This document shows positions 31,310-45,510 of a stretch of 64,000 nucleotides of DNA, one piece after another. The notes under the pieces are model-generated. The model made no database searches, was not told the DNA's origin, and saw only the letters and a program-made list of their open reading frames with translations. This DNA is from Squalus acanthias (Eukaryota), in the NCBI GenBank assembly GCA_030390025.1, contig CM059432.1, forward strand, positions 94,862,001 to 94,926,000. The letters are read 5' to 3'. Position numbers and translations under genes: made by a program. Within the stretch, counting starts at the first letter, position 1, and each line of letters begins with the position of its first letter.

Positions 31310-34300
31310 CCGAACAGGAGAGAGGGCTTTAGATTCGTGGGGCATTGGGACAGGTTCTGGGGGGACGTGGGACCTGTATAAGCCGGATAGGTTGCATCTC
31401 AACAGAGCCAGGACCAATATCTTCGTGGGGAAGTTTGCTAGTGCTGTTGGAGAGTTTTTAAACTAGTTTGGCAGGGGAATGGGAACCTGAAAACAGATTC
31501 AGAAGGGAGAGAAGCAAAGCTGGAAATGGAAGGCAGAAAATTAGTAAGTGCGTTTGGAAGGTAGAGGAAAAAAAGGCTAGAAAATAGACAACAAGGGAGT
31601 TTGGCAGTGCTTAATGGTATTTACTTTAGTGCAAGGAGTCTAGTGAATAAGGCAGATAAGCTGAGGGCACAGATAGACACGTGGAAGTATGATATAGCTA
31701 TTACTGAAACATGGCTTAAAGAAGGGCAGGAATTGCAGCTCAACATTCCTGGATACAGGGTTTTCAGACGAGAGAGAGAGAGAGAGATAAAAAGAAGAGG
31801 GGGTCGCAATATTGGTTAAAGAAACCGTGACAGCCATCAGAAGGGATGATATGCTAGAAGGATCATCAAATGAGGCAGTTCTGACGAAAGGTCTTCGACC
31901 TGAAACGTTAACTCTGTTTCTCTCTTCACGGATGCTACCCCGCCTGCTGAGTTTTTCCAGCGTTTTCTGTTGTTATATCAAATGAGGCCATATGGGTTGA
32001 ACTGAAGAACAAAAAGGGGCAATCACACTGCTGGTAGTGTACCATAGACCCCCCAAACAGTCAGAGGGAGATAGAAGAGCAAATATCTAGGCACATTTCT
32101 GAGAAGTGCAAAAACAATATGGCAGAAATAGGGGATTTCAACTACCCAAATATTAACTGGGATAAAATCAGTGTAAAAGGTATAGAGGGTGCCAAATTCT
32201 GAAAATGCATTCAGGAGAACTTTTTTTTAGCCAGTATGTAGCGAGCTCAACAAGAGAGGGGGGAGTTCTGGACTTAGTTTTAGGGAATGAAGCTGGGCAG
32301 GTGGAAGGGGTATCAGTGGGAGAGCATTTTGGTGGTAGTGATCATAATTCAGTTTAATGTAGTTATGGAAAAGGATAAAGATAGACCAGGAGTAATTGGG
32401 GAAAGGCCAATTTTACTAAGCTGAGATGTGATTTAGCGAAAGTGGATTGGAAACAGCTACATGAAGGTAAATCGGTGTCAGAGCAGTGGAAGGTATTCAA
32501 GGAGGAGATAGTGAGGGTTCCGTGCAAATAGGTTCCAACAAAGAAAAAGGGTGGGACTTACAAATCTCGAGCCCCCTGGATGTCGAGCAGTCTTACAGAG
32601 TAGGATAAGGCAGAAAAGGGAAGCTTGTGTCAGATACCGAGAGCTCAATACTGCAGAAAGCCTAGAGGAGTATAGGAAGTGCAGGGGTGAAATTAGGAAA
32701 GCAAAGAGAGGGCATGAAAAAATATTGGCGCATGAAAAAATATTGGCAATTGAAATCAAGAAAAACCCAAAGATGTTATATAAATACATAAAGAGCAAGA
32801 GCATAACTAAGGAAAGAGTAGGGCCTATTAGAGACCAAAAAGGTAACCTGTGTGTGGAGGCAGATGATGTGGGTATGGTTCTTAATGAATACCTTGCATC
32901 TGTCTTCACAAAAGAGGGGGATGGTGCAGACATTGTAGTTAAGGAGGCGGAGTGTGAAATATTGGATGGGATAAACAAGTGAGAGAGGAAATATTAAGAG
33001 GTTTAGCATCTTTGAAACTAGATTAATCACCAGGTCTGGATGAAATGTATCCCAGGCTGTTAAGAGAAGCAAGGGAGGAAATAGGCTTTGACCATCTTTT
33101 TCCAATCCTCCATGGCTGCAGAAGTGGTGCTGGATGACTGCTAAAGTTGTGCTGTTGTTTAAAAAGGGAGAAAGGGATAGCCCAACTAATTACTGGCCAG
33201 TTAACCTAACCTCGGTGGTGGGAAAATTATTGGAAAAATTTCTGAGGGACAGTATTAATAGTCATTGAGAAAGGCACGGATTAATCAGGGACAGTTAGCA
33301 TAGATTTGTTAAGGGAAGGTTGTGTCTGACTAACTTGATGAAATTATTTGAGGAGGTAACAAGGAGGGTAGATGAGGGTAGCGCGTTTGATGTAGTCTAC
33401 CTGGATTTTAGCAAGGTCCCACATGGCAGACTGGTCAGAAAAGTAAAAGCCTATGGCATCCAAGGGAAAGTGGTAAGTTGGATCCAAAATTGGCTCAATG
33501 GTAGGAAACAAAGGGTAATGGTCGACCGGTGTTTTTGTGACTCGAAGGCTGTTTCGAGTGGGGTCCCTTGCTTTTTGTGGCATATATCAATTAGACTTCA
33601 ATGTAGGGGGCATGATTAAAAAGTCTGCAGATGATTGGCCGTGTAGTTGATAGTGAGGAAGAAAGTTGTAGACTGCAGGAAGATATCAATGGATTGGTCA
33701 TTTGGGCAAAAAAGTGGCAAATGGAATTCAATCCAGACAAGTGTGCGGTAATGCATTTGGGGAGGGCAAACAAGGCAAAGGAATAAATCAATAAATGGTA
33801 GGATACCGAGAAGTGTAGAGGAACAGAGTGACCTTGAAGTACATGTCCACAGATCCCTGAAGGTAGCAGGATCAGTAGATAAGGCGGTTAAGAAGGCATA
33901 CGGTATAATTTCCTTTATTAGCTGAGGCATAGACTATAAGAGCAGGAAGGTTATGCTTGAACTGTATGAAACACTAGTTAGGCCACGGCTAGAGTACTGC
34001 GTACAGTTCTGGTCACCACATTACAGGAAGGGATGTGATTGCATTAGAGAGGGTACAGAGGAGATTTACGAGGATGTTGCCAGGACTGGAGAATTTTATT
34101 TGAGGAAAGATTGGATAGGCTAGGGTTGTTTTCTTTGTAATAGAGGAGGCTAAGGGGAGATTTAATTGAAGTGTATAAAATTATGAGGGGCCTAGATAAT
34201 GGATAGGAAGGACCTATTTTCCTTAGCAGAGAGGTCAATAACCAGGGGGCATAGATTTAAAGTAATTGGTAGAAGGATTCGAGGGGAGTTGGGAAATTTT

Positions 34301-34530
34301 TTCACCCGGGGGGTTGGTGAGGGCCTGGAACACTCTGACTGAAAGGGTGGTAGAGGCAGAAACCCTCACCGCATTTAAAAAGAACTTGGATATGCACTTG
34401 AAGTGCCCTGTGCCGTAACCTACAGGGCTATATACCAAGAGCTTTAAATTGAGATTAGGCTGGATAGCTCTTTTTCGGCCAGTACAGACACAATGGCTTC
34501 CTTTTATGCCGTGAATTTCTATGTTTCACA
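31310..34530 (+). mobile_element. Decayed CR1 LINE (end of ORF1, ORF2 APE/RT, 3' UTR)
   Basis: Peptides YFSARSLVNKADKL...IAITETWL, IKKNPKMLYKYIKSK...VGPIRD, CLTNLMKLFEEVT...DVVYLDFSK; frameshifted. Confidence 0.88.
31877..31976 (+). mobile_element. 100-bp Penelope-like pLTR insertion with minimal hammerhead ribozyme motif
   Basis: Flanked by the 12-bp direct repeat atcaaatgaggc (31865-31876, 31977-31988) inside a CR1; same family as the right arm of 12929-13148. Confidence 0.78.
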
Positions 34531-35189
34531 ATCTAGGATGCCAGTTCAATGCAGTACTGAGGAAATACTTTTTTTTAATGTCTTTCAAGAGCTGAAGCTC
34601 ATGGGGAAATTTTAACTTCAAAAAACGGGTGGATTGGTGTTGGGTGGGAGAGTAGAGTAAAAAAACCTGAATCGCGACCCCAACGCGCCTACAACCCGCC
34701 CAGCTCCGGTTTTAACAGAGGCGGGATGGCAGGGCGTGCAGCCAACCTGCTTCCAGGAGGCGGGTTGGCAATTTAAATATTATAATGAGGCTCTGTGCCT
34801 CATGGTGATTCACCATTTCAAATTTAACTCTGGCTGGCCAGGTTTCCCAGGCCTCGGGAATCCCCCCAGCTAAAGGGAGGCGAGGACTGCTGGATCGAGG
34901 AGGTAAGTGCTTTTCGACTTACCTGGTGGATCCAGCGTACCTGCCTCGCCAACCCGCCCCCCCCCATCCCCCCAGGCCTTCAATCCTCGGCCCCTGACCA
35001 CCCCTCTCCTTCGGCATTCTGAACACACTCACTCTCACACTCACACTCCGATTAGCTGTGCTAAGGTTCAGCTAACCTTATTGAAAAATTTATGTTTCAC
35101 AGTTCCAGGTTCAAGGAAAATGGCGAGAAATAACTGCCTGCCTTTTTTTTTATCTACCTTAAATTTGAGCACATCCAAAGCTCTACTAC

Positions 35190-35650
35190 CTGTATTCTAA
35201 CTCGCCCCGTTCATCCAACACCCCTGTGCTCACTGACATACATTGGCTCCCAGTCCCTGAATGTCTCCATTTAAAAAAATTCTCATCCTTGTGTTCAAAT
35301 CCCTCTATCGCCTCGCCCCTCATCTCTGTAACCGCCGCCAGCCCAACAACCCTCTGAGAACTCTGCGTTCCTCCAGTTCTGGCCTCTTGTGCATCCCCAG
35401 CTTCTTCCTTCACCCCACCATTGGTGGCCATGCCTTCAGCTGTCTAGGCCCTCAGCTCTGGAGTTCCCTCCCTCAACCTCGCCACCTCACCTCTCTCCTC
35501 CTCTAAGACGCTCCTTAAAACCTACCTCATTGACCAAGCTTTTGGTCACCTGTCCTAATGTTACTCTTTGGCATAGTGTCAGTTTTTCTGTCTGATTGCG
35601 CTCCTGTGAAGCACCTTGACGTTTTACTCTGTTGAAGTTGCAAGTTATTG
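35190..35650 (+). mobile_element. L2-like LINE 3' fragment
   Basis: FKKILILVFKSLYRLAPHL...RTLRSS...GGHAFSCLGPQLWSSLP, a typical L2 C-terminus. Confidence 0.75.
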
Positions 35651-36329
35651 TACCTTTGACACTGTAAAGTGTGATAGATGCAAGCTGCACACAATTTTTT
35701 GTTTGCATCAGATGATCTCTCGTGCTCATGAGTAGTCTAGGTCAGGAGCACAATTTTGACTTTATACCCCAGCCAGTCCCTTTTAAGGCCACGGCTCAGG
35801 TGCTTGCTGTGGGAAACTTGTCTATATAGTTACATTTTGAGATAAATTGAGGCTAAAAGCTCTTTATTTTCATAGATTGGCAGTTGCTTGGCTGCTCTCC
35901 TTGTGGAGAAACCAGCATATCGCAAGATGATTGTAATCAGCAGGAAATTACTGGCTTTCATTTTTTGTGATTTAAAAAAAAATCAGTTATGATTCATGGA
36001 AATAAGCTTTAAGCTTCTTGAATGCTTTAACAATATTAAATTATTCAATCTACTTTATCTCATCCTTCTCTTCAAATCTCTCTATGGCCTCGCCCCTCCC
36101 TGTCTCTATAACCTCCTCCAGCCCGACAACCCTTTGCGATACAGATTAAATGCATTCCAACCAGAAGTGGGGGGGGGGGGGGGAAGGGTACATCAAAGGC
36201 AGGGGTTCCAACAAAAAAGAGGTTAGAACAAAAATTAGATTCCTAAAAAGAACCATATGAAAATTATAGCACAAATAATACAGAAGAAATGAAGCATAAG
36301 TAGAAGATTATCAATAAAGGGGTGAGACC

Positions 36330-37100
36330 TTTTAAGGCAAAGAAGAGCATCCTATACTTGAGTGAGGGAACAATAGAGATACTTGATACTTTGTATCAGT
36401 TTTTACAGAGGGATGTGAAACTAGGATTGCAGGAGTAACTGAGTAGGATGTGGAAGAGACACTTTTGGAGAAAAATATTCCAAAGTTAATAGGACTAAAA
36501 ATAGAAACATCACAAGGCCCAGATGATATGCATTTCAGAATATTGGCGAAGTTGGGTTTTAACCATGATTTTTCACACATCCTTGGAAATGGGAATTGTG
36601 CCAAAGCACTGTAGGCTATTAAAAGTTATATTTTTTTTAAAGTGGCAAAGAATAAGCCAGGAAATTATAATCATTAGTCTTGCCTTATTGTGGTCAAACT
36701 TTGAATCTATAATACGAGATGAAGTTAGTGAACATTTAGAAGGGCATGGCTAATTAAGAATGGTCAGCATGGATTTGTCAAAGGCATGTTACTAAATTTG
36801 TAGGGGAAATCTCAGTGTGAAGGTGCAGGGATTGTTGTGTGTGTATATATGCATTTTTAAAAGGTGTTTGATAAGGTACTATGTAAAGTCTTTTTATTGG
36901 AACAGAGAGTAATGGGGGGGGGGGTCTACTAGAAGCTTTCAGAATTATGAAAGATTTTGAAGGGGGTAAATAATGGAAGATTATTTAATTGTTGGCAAAT
37001 TAGTTTCAAGAGGCATAGATTCAGTATTATCACTAGAAGAATGAGGCAGAAAGTTGGAAGAACTATTTCCCTCCGGGGATTATTTGAACGACAACAGTAA
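36330..37100 (+). mobile_element. Highly decayed CR1 ORF2 fragment
   Basis: Residual ggcccagatgatatgcat and ESIIRDEVSEHLEGHG/cagcatggatttgtcaaaggc motifs. Confidence 0.6.
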
Positions 37101-38690
37101 CATGCATCTATATAGCTCCTTGAAGGTATAAAAACATCCCAAGGCACTTCATAGAAGTGTACTCAGACAAAAATTGATACCAAGCCAAAGGAGGCAATAT
37201 TAGGAAGGGTGGCTAAACGCTTGGTCAAAGAGGTAGGTTTTAAGGGGGTTTTAAAGAAGGAGAGGGAGGCAGAGAGGTTCAGGGAGGGAATTCCAGATGG
37301 TTGCTGGCATGGCCACCAATGATGGGGCAAACGGTGTGGGGGATGTACAAGAGGCCACAGTTGGAGGACCGCAGAGTTCTCGGAGGTTTGTAGAGGTGGG
37401 GGGGATAAGGAGAGGTGAGGCCATGGAGGGATTTGAACACAAGGATCAGAATGTTATATTGGGGGACCAGGAGCCAATGTAGGTCAGCGAGCATGGGTGA
37501 TGGGTGAGCAGGACTCAGTTTTGTGTACAGGCAGCAGAGTTTTGGAAGTTTATGGAGAAATATTCGAGTCTGGAGGTGACACCGGCATGGATGATGGCTT
37601 TGGCAGTAGATGGACTGAGACAGTGGCGTGGACAGGTGATGTTATGAAAGTGGAAGTAGGCAGACTTGTGATGGAGAGGATATGGTTTTTGAAACTTAGC
37701 TCGGGGTCAAACCTGATACAGTGGTGGAGGAAGAAGATGGAATCTGTCCCTTTGGCCTTCCCAGTGTTTAACTGGAGGAAATTGGGGCTTATCCAGAATT
37801 GATGTCTGACGAGCTGGCTGACAATACACGTAGTAGGGAGATAGAGCGAGGTGGTGAACTAGTACAGGTAGGTGCAGTCGACGTACATGTGGAACCTGAC
37901 GGCGTGTCTTTGGATGACGCCGTCGAGGGGCAGCAAGTACTTGAGGAATAGGAGGTGGACAAGGATTGATCCTTGGGGTCTTTGGAGATAATGGTGTGGG
38001 GTAGGAGGAGAAGCCATTGCTGAAGATGCACTGGCTGCGATTGAATAGGTAAGTGTGGAGCCAAATGAAAGAAAGAAAGACTTGCATTTATATAGCGCTT
38101 TTCACGGCTACCGGACATCCCAATGTGCCAATGAAGTACTTTTTGACGTGTAGTCGCTGTTGTAATGTCGGAAACGTGGCAGCCAATTTGCACACAGCAA
38201 GCTCCCACAAACAGCAATGTGATAATGACCAGATAATCTGTTTTAATGATGCTGATTGAGGGGTAAATATTGGCCAGGACACCGGGGATAACTCCCCTAC
38301 TCTTCTTCGAAATAGTGCCATGGGATCTTTTACGTCCACCTGAGAGAGCAGATTGGTTTAACGTCTCATCCGAAAGACGGCACCTCCGACAGTGCAGCAC
38401 TCCCTCTGCACTGGAGTGTCAGCCTAGATTTTTGTGCTCTAGTCTCTGGAGTGCGACTTGAACCCACAACCTTCTGACTCTGAGGTGTGAGTCCTACTGT
38501 AAAGGTGAAGGCAATAGCACTCAGCTTTACAACGGAGCAGAGGCGTTGGACGAGGATATTGTGGTCAACTGTGGCGAAGGCTGCATGAGGTCAAGGGATA
38601 ATACGCCACAATCATAGAGGCTGTCATTTGTGACTTTGATTAGGGCTGTGGCAGGGGCAGGAACCTGATTGGAGAGGTTCAAACATGGAG
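37095..38690 (-). mobile_element. L2-like LINE fragments, interrupted by the SINE at 38068-38495
   Basis: LADLHWLLVPQYNILILVFKSLHGL...RTLRSS; TALIKVTND. Confidence 0.7.
38068..38495 (-). mobile_element. Deu-domain SINE
   Basis: Reverse complement of 3234-3650, with a (TTTC)n tail. Confidence 0.8.
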
Positions 38691-38889
38691 TAGTTTCTGA
38701 TTTCATAGTCATTTGAAAGACTATGAAAGCAGAGACTCTAAAAAGGAATTGGACAGGTATTTGAAAGGGAAGAATGGAAAAAGATGTGGAAAAAGGCAGG
38801 CACCTGTAATTAGAGTCGATAGTTCCAACTGAAGAGCATTGGCATAGCCAGATGGGCGAACTGGCCTCCTTTTGTGCTTTCAATTTTAT

Positions 38890-40599
38890 GGCTGCGATTT
38901 TGCCAACCGAGGTGGTGTCGGCGTCGCGGTCCCAGCCCGCTGCCTACTGCAGCCGCACTCTCCAAGTGATTTTTCGTTGATTGGACTTGTTAAGCCCGCC
39001 CTGAGAGGTTCCCGGCCAATTACTCGGAAGTGGGTCTGATGACGTCATTTAATGATGCATCATCAGCCGCTTTCCTTAAAGGGGCCATGTCCAAATTGAT
39101 CTTGACAGTTCTGTTCTACAGCATTGAGGTGCTGCAAACACTGACCAGCACTGCACAAAGGTGCACGGCTGCACCCAGGCTCTCCCATGACTCCCTCCAT
39201 ATGCTTATGGAGTGAGTCACAGCATGCAGGGAGGTTCTCTTCCCTTCCCATAGGCAGAAGAGACCTCCCCAGGAGATCAACATAGTCTAGTTGCACATTG
39301 CACAGGAGGGCACAAGCAGGGATGTCGTCAGGGGGACCAGACTGCAATGGCGCAAACCTTTCAATGATCTGAGCAGATCACGAAATGTTACTGCCAAGCC
39401 ACACTCGACCTCAGCCTGCTGTGCCACTCATCACATCCACATCACTCTGCCTTCCCTAGCCTACTCCTGCACATCTTTACTCACACCAACTTACCTTGCA
39501 CCTCCACCCATCCCTCTCTATCTACATTATCACTTCCCCATCTCACTAGCCACCCCTCACACTCACCCTCAACCTACTGCAAGCATACGAACTAACAACA
39601 CACAAGGGTAGGCACCTGGGTGGTGTAGCCAATGTTTATGTGAAGTTTCTGTTAATATGTTGTCAAGCATTGAAATCTATATTTTCAACACTTTACCTTA
39701 TTGGACAGATCTGTGCTCACCTTTGGAAGTGTCTTAGTGAGTTCCAGTGAATGTTGCGACATAACTCGCCGCCCCAACCCCCCCCCCCCCCAACCAATTG
39801 TGATGAGTGTGAAAGGAATGGCTTGGACATTGGGGGGATGCTTGATGGTGTCAACCTGGCGCATCATGTGGCAGCCAGGGTGTACTGCGTCAAGTGAAGT
39901 AAATCTGTCCATGGTGATGCCATTGCTGGCCTCCCAGGCAGCAATGTTGTCGGGTACTGATGCCCTGATGTGCAGCATCAGGTGATTGCGGAGAAGGTTG
40001 GTGATGTTGGTGCTGGGGCTGATCATAGAGGGATTAAGAGGACCAAGGTGAGATTTTTTTCAAAGGAGACGATGTTGCTGGAATAGATGGCAGCTGAAGT
40101 TGAGATTACAGAAGCGATATGTCAGTGGTGAGAGAGCTTCTTTGAAGGAGGCGACAGTGGATAGAGAGTTTACTCCAAACATTGCCAAACTGCATAAAGC
40201 TCAGAAGTGTCTTCCAAGTCCTGAAGGCTCAAGCTTCTGACATTGGAAAGTGAACAGCTGTGAAATGGTAGCTTTCATACCACTTTTGCAGCTGTCACCT
40301 GTTCACAGCAATGGGGAGACATAGAGGACCTGACGTGATCTCCGAACGACGTGAACCCCGTTAAAAAAGTGGGAAAATAGAAATAGTCTGGCAAAATAGT
40401 AGTTAACAAGCGTTTAACAAACATTTAACTGTCTTAAATGCCTCCCCCGCCGCTTGGCGTTGGGTCTGTTCTGAAATCACAGACCCGACACTTTGGAAAC
40501 TTACATGGAGGCGGGTTCCCAACCAGCTGTCAATCATTTTGATTTTGACAGCGGACCCACCTCTGAACCCGCCCTCTGAGCACCGACAAAATTGCGGTC
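38890..40599 (+). mobile_element. Non-autonomous Harbinger-type element with Myb/SANT remnant
   Basis: Imperfect TIRs GGCTGCGATTTTG / CAAAATTGCGGTC with a 3-bp TSD TAT on both sides. 39150-39390 reads AAPRLSHDSLHMLME*V...VLFP...RGTRLQWRKPFNDLSR. Confidence 0.75.
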
Positions 40600-40804
40600 T
40601 ATGATTTCAGTTACCTCAGCTAAATCGGACCAAGATATAACAAGGTAGTGAAATAGTTTATGCTTATTTATATTTTAAGGAAATCTCTATGAAACTCATT
40701 GATGTTGAGAATCAATGTACTGTATGTATTTAGAGTAAGTTGTAATCCTTCCTGGAGTTAATGTATTGAATGGATTTTTTTTTGAAGTACAGGACAAAGA
40801 TATA

Positions 40805-41520
40805 ATTTTTTTAATTTGTTTGTTATGTGGGTGTCACTGGCAAGGCCAGCATTTATTGCCCATCCCTAATTGCCCTTGAAGGTGGTGGTGAGCTGCTTTC
40901 TTGAACTGCCACAGCCTGTATAGTGAAGGTATTCCTATAGTGCTGTTAGGGAGGGAGTTCCAGGATTTTGACCCGGTGACGATGAAGGATCGGCGATATA
41001 TTTCCAATTCCGGATGGTGTGTGTGACTTGGAATGGAACTTGGAGGTGGTGGTGTTCCCATGTGCCTGCTGCCCTTGTCCTTCTACGCGGTAGAGGTCGT
41101 GGGTTTGCGAGGTGCTATTGAAGAAGCCTTGGGGAGTTGCTGCAGTGCATCTTGTAGATGGTACACACTGCAGCCACAGTTTGCCGGTGGTGGAGAGTGT
41201 GAATGTTTTAGGTGGTGGATGGGGTGCCAATCAAGCGGGCTGCTTTGTCCTGGATGGCATTGAGCTTCTTGAGTGTTGTTGGAGCTGCACTCATCCAGGC
41301 AAGTGGAGAGTATTCCATCACACTCCTGACTTGTGCCTTGTAGATGGTGGAAAGGCTTTGGGGAGTTGGGAGGTGAGTCACTCACCGCAGAATACCCAGC
41401 CTCTGACCTGCTCTTGTAGCCACAGTATTTATGTTGCTGGTCCAGTTAAGTTTCTGGTCAATGGTGACTCCCAGGATGTTGATGGTGTGGAGGATTTGGT
41501 GATGGTAATGCTGTTGAATT
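40805..41520 (-). mobile_element. 3' fragment of the second CR1-clade family
   Basis: Colinear with 19465-20120. Confidence 0.85.
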
Positions 41521-42552
41521 TGCAGTAGTAATGATATGCTACAGGATAGGCAAATGTTTCTGCACCACACAGCTTCTAATACTTGACCAGAACGCAAGAT
41601 AACATTTCTTCTTTATTTCCCCCCCCCCCCCCACGCCAATTTTCTGTCCTCTCTTGTCCTCTCGACCTGAAATCATTGAACCCTCTGTGTGGGCATGGCT
41701 GCACAGGCACCAGGTACTTTTGAGTATAAACAATACGTTTTAGCAGGCTATTCAGTCAAATAGGGCATCAGAGTGGAGCCTAATCCACATGCGCACACTT
41801 CATTAGGGACCACTGGATAGCAATAGGATGAGAACATTGGCCAATTTTTGCCTCTCGGGAGGATGGAGACCATTTGTAGCGGTGCTGCTTCTGCTCCCAA
41901 TGATAACTCAGCACGCACAAAAGGTTCATAGCTGGAACTTTTCTGGTCTGTATAGCTCTACTACTCACTGCGATAATCAACTGAACATTTGGGGAAGCCT
42001 CTGATCCTATGTTTTTTTTATGCAAATTATATCACAACATGGTACCATGACTGCTCAGTTATTAATGAAGTTTTAGTGGAGATACTTTACAATAAAAGTG
42101 ACTAATGTTGGAATAAAATGTGTTTTATAGTAGGAAAGGTCAATGGCTGGTCATGTTTTGTACTGCATTTAAATTTGATAACTAAGTAATCCACAACCAT
42201 TGACCCTATTTGTAGCAGTAAAGTGAAGTCACTCCACATCAGGTTTATATTCATGCTTTGTTTATTGCAATGCTTTTCCTTAAGCTGTTTTTTTAAAAAA
42301 AACATTGATGCTACGCATAAGTAACATTTTAAAGCAAAGCTGAATGAACTTCTATTCCCTGTGCATCCATACCAGCTGCAGTTTTTGCAGTGAAACTGGT
42401 TTTTAGCTACTGTAATTAATGATGCATAATGTGTGCACTCCATTAATTTACTCGGTTTCTATTTGTAGAATGTACTGACTTGTCATGGTTTTTTTTATAT
42501 AAACTGTTCACTGCTGGCAATAATACTATTTTTTATGGTTCTATAATGACAG

Positions 42553-44441
42553 AAACATATAGAAGATAGGAGCAGGAGTAGGCCATTCGGCCCCTCGAGC
42601 CTGTTCCGCCATTTAATGAGATCATGGCTGATCATCCAAATTCAGTACCCTGTCCCTGCTTTCTCCTCATATCCCTTGATCCCTTTAGCCTTAAGAAATA
42701 TATCTAACTCCTTCTTCAATATATTTAATGAATTGGCCTCAACTGCCTTCTGTGGTAGAGAATTCCACAGGTTCACCACTCTCTGGGTGAAGAAATTCCT
42801 CCTCATCTCAGTCCTAAATGGCTTACTCATCCTTAGACTGTGACCCCTGGTTCTGGACTCCCCCGCCATCGGGAACATCCTTCCTGCATCTAGTCTGTCT
42901 AGTCCTGTTAGAATTTTATAAGTTTCAATGAGATCCCCTCTCATTCTTCTAAACTCTAGCGAATATAAGCCTAATCGACCCAATCTCTCCTCATATGTCA
43001 TTCCTGCCATCCCAGGTATCAGTCTGGTGAATCTTCGCTGCACTCCCTCCATGGCAAGAACATCCTTCCTCAGATAAGGCGACAAAACTGCACACAATAC
43101 TCAAGGTGTGGTCTCACCAAGGCCCTGTACAACTGCAGCAAGACATCCTTGCTCCTGTACTCGAATCCTCTCGCTATGAAGGCCAACATACCATTTGCCT
43201 TCTTAACCGCCTGCTGCACCTGCATGCTTACCTTAAGCGACTGGTGCACAAGGACACCCAGGTCTCGTTGCACTTCCCCGTTTCCCAATCTATTCCCGTT
43301 CAGATAATAATCTGTCTTCCTGTTTTTGCCACCAAAGTGGATAACCTCGCATTTATCCACATTATACTGCATCTGCCTTGCATCTGCCCAATCACCCAAC
43401 CTGTCCAAATCATACTGGAGTTTCTCTGCATCCTCCTCACAACACACACTCCCACCCAGCTTTGTGTCGTCTGCAAACTTGGAGATATTACATCTAGTTC
43501 CCTCGTCTAGATCATTAATATATATTGTGAATAACTGGGGTCCTAGCACCGATCCCTGCGGTACCCCACTAGTCACTGCCTGCCACTCGGAAAAATACCC
43601 GTTTATTCCAACTCTTTGCTTCCTGTCTGCCAACCAGTTCTCTATCCAAGACAGTACCTTACCCCCAATCCCGTGTGCTTTAATTTTGCACGCTAATCTC
43701 TTATGCGGGACCTTATCGAAAGCCTTCTGAAAGTCCAAATACACCACATCCACTGGTTCTCCCTTATCTATTCTACCAGTTACATCCTCAAAAAATTCTA
43801 GTAGATTAGTCAAGCATGATTTACCTTTTGTAAATCCATGTTGACTTTGCCCGATCCTGTCACTATTTTCCAAGTGCTCTGCTATTACATCTTTTATAAT
43901 GGACTCTAGCATTTTCCCCACTACCGATGTCAGGCTTACCGGTCTATAATTCCCCGTTTTCTCTCTACCACCTTTTTTAAATAGTGGGGTTACATTAGCT
44001 ACCCTCCAATCCATGGGAACTGTGCCAGAGTCTATAGAATTTTGGAAGATGACCAGCAATGCATCTACTATTTCTAGGGCCACTTCCTTAAGTACCCTAG
44101 GATGTAGATTATCAGGCCCTGGGGATTTATCGGCCTTCAATCCCGTCAATTTCCCTAACACCATTTCCTTACAAATACTGATTTCATTCAGTTCCTCCCT
44201 CTCATTAGACCCTATGTTCCCCGACACCTCTGGGAGGTTATTTGTGTCCTCCTTTGTGAAGACAGAACCAAAGTATGTATTTAATTGGTCAGCCCTTTCT
44301 TTGTTCCCCATTATAAATTCCCCTGATTCTGACTGCAAGGGACCTACGCTTGACTTCACCAATCTTTTTCTCTTCACATATCTATAGAAGCTTTTACAGT
44401 CAGTTTTTATGTTCCCTGCAAGCTTACTCTCATACTCTATA
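42553..44441 (-). mobile_element. Young 5'-truncated CR1 LINE; RT frame broken by one frameshift near 43080
   Basis: ORFs 43070-44377 and 42642-43097 together give the same RT and C-terminus as 17697-19223; CR1 3' tail at ~42553-42640. Confidence 0.95.
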
Positions 44442-44471
44442 GTTCTGTATACACAGCAAATTGCTTATGAA

Positions 44472-45510
44472 ATTTTCAGACTGGAGGAAGGTATATAGTG
44501 ATGTTCCCCAGGGGTTGGTACTAGGACCGACTACTGCTTTTCTTGATATATATTAATGGTTTGGACTTGGGAGTACAGGGTACAATTTCAAAATTTGCAG
44601 AATACACAAAACTTGGAAGTATTGTGAACAGTGAGGAGGATAGTAATAGACTTCAAGAGGACATAGACAGGCTGATGGAATGGGTGGACACGTGGCAGAT
44701 GAAATTTAACGCAGAAAAGTGCAAAATGATACATTTTGGTAGGAAGAATGAGGAGAGGCAATATAAACTAAAGGATACAATCCTAAAGGGGGTGCAGGAG
44801 CAGGAACCTGGGGGTATATGTGCACAAATCATTGAAGGTGGTAGGGCAGGTTGTGAAAGTGGTTAAAAAAGCATGCAGGACCCTGGGCTTCATAAATAAA
44901 GGCATAAAGTACAAAAGCAAGGAAGTTATGATGAACCTTTATGAAACACTGGTTCGGCCTCAACTGGAATAGTGTGTCCAATTCTGGGCACCTCACTTTA
45001 GGAAGGATGTGAAGTCCTTAAAGAGGGTGCAGAAAAGATTTACAAGAATGGTTTCAGGGATAAGGGATGTGGATAGACTGGAGAAGCTGGGGTTGTTCTC
45101 CTTCGAGCAGAGAAGTTTGAGAGGAGATTTTTTTTTAGAGGTGTTCAAAATCATGAGGGGTCCAGACAGAGTAGATAGAGAGAAACTGTTCCCATTGGCG
45201 GATGGGTTGAGAACCAGAGGACACAGATTTAAGGTGATTGATAGAAGAACCAAAGGCGACATGAGGAATAACTTTTTTACGTAGTGAGTGGTTAGAATCT
45301 GGAATGCACTGCTTGAAAGTGTGTGGAGGCAGATTCAATTGTGGCTTTCAAAAGGGAATTGGATAAATACCCGAAGGAAAAAAATTTGCAGGGCTGCTGG
45401 GAAAGGGCGGGGGCGTGGGACTAGCTGAAGAGCTCTTGCAGAGAGCCGGCACGGGCTCGATGGGCCGATTGGCGGCCTCCTGTGCCGTAATCATTATATG
45501 ATTCTATGAA
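44472..45510 (+). mobile_element. Decayed CR1 3' fragment
   Basis: IYINGLDLG...ISKFAEYTKLG...LQEDIDRL...WQMKFNAEKC; ends ttatatgattctatga. Confidence 0.85.

Noticed and set aside
41700..42000. Possible ancient tRNA-derived SINE on the - strand
   Set aside because: Too decayed to assign a family or boundaries without a search.
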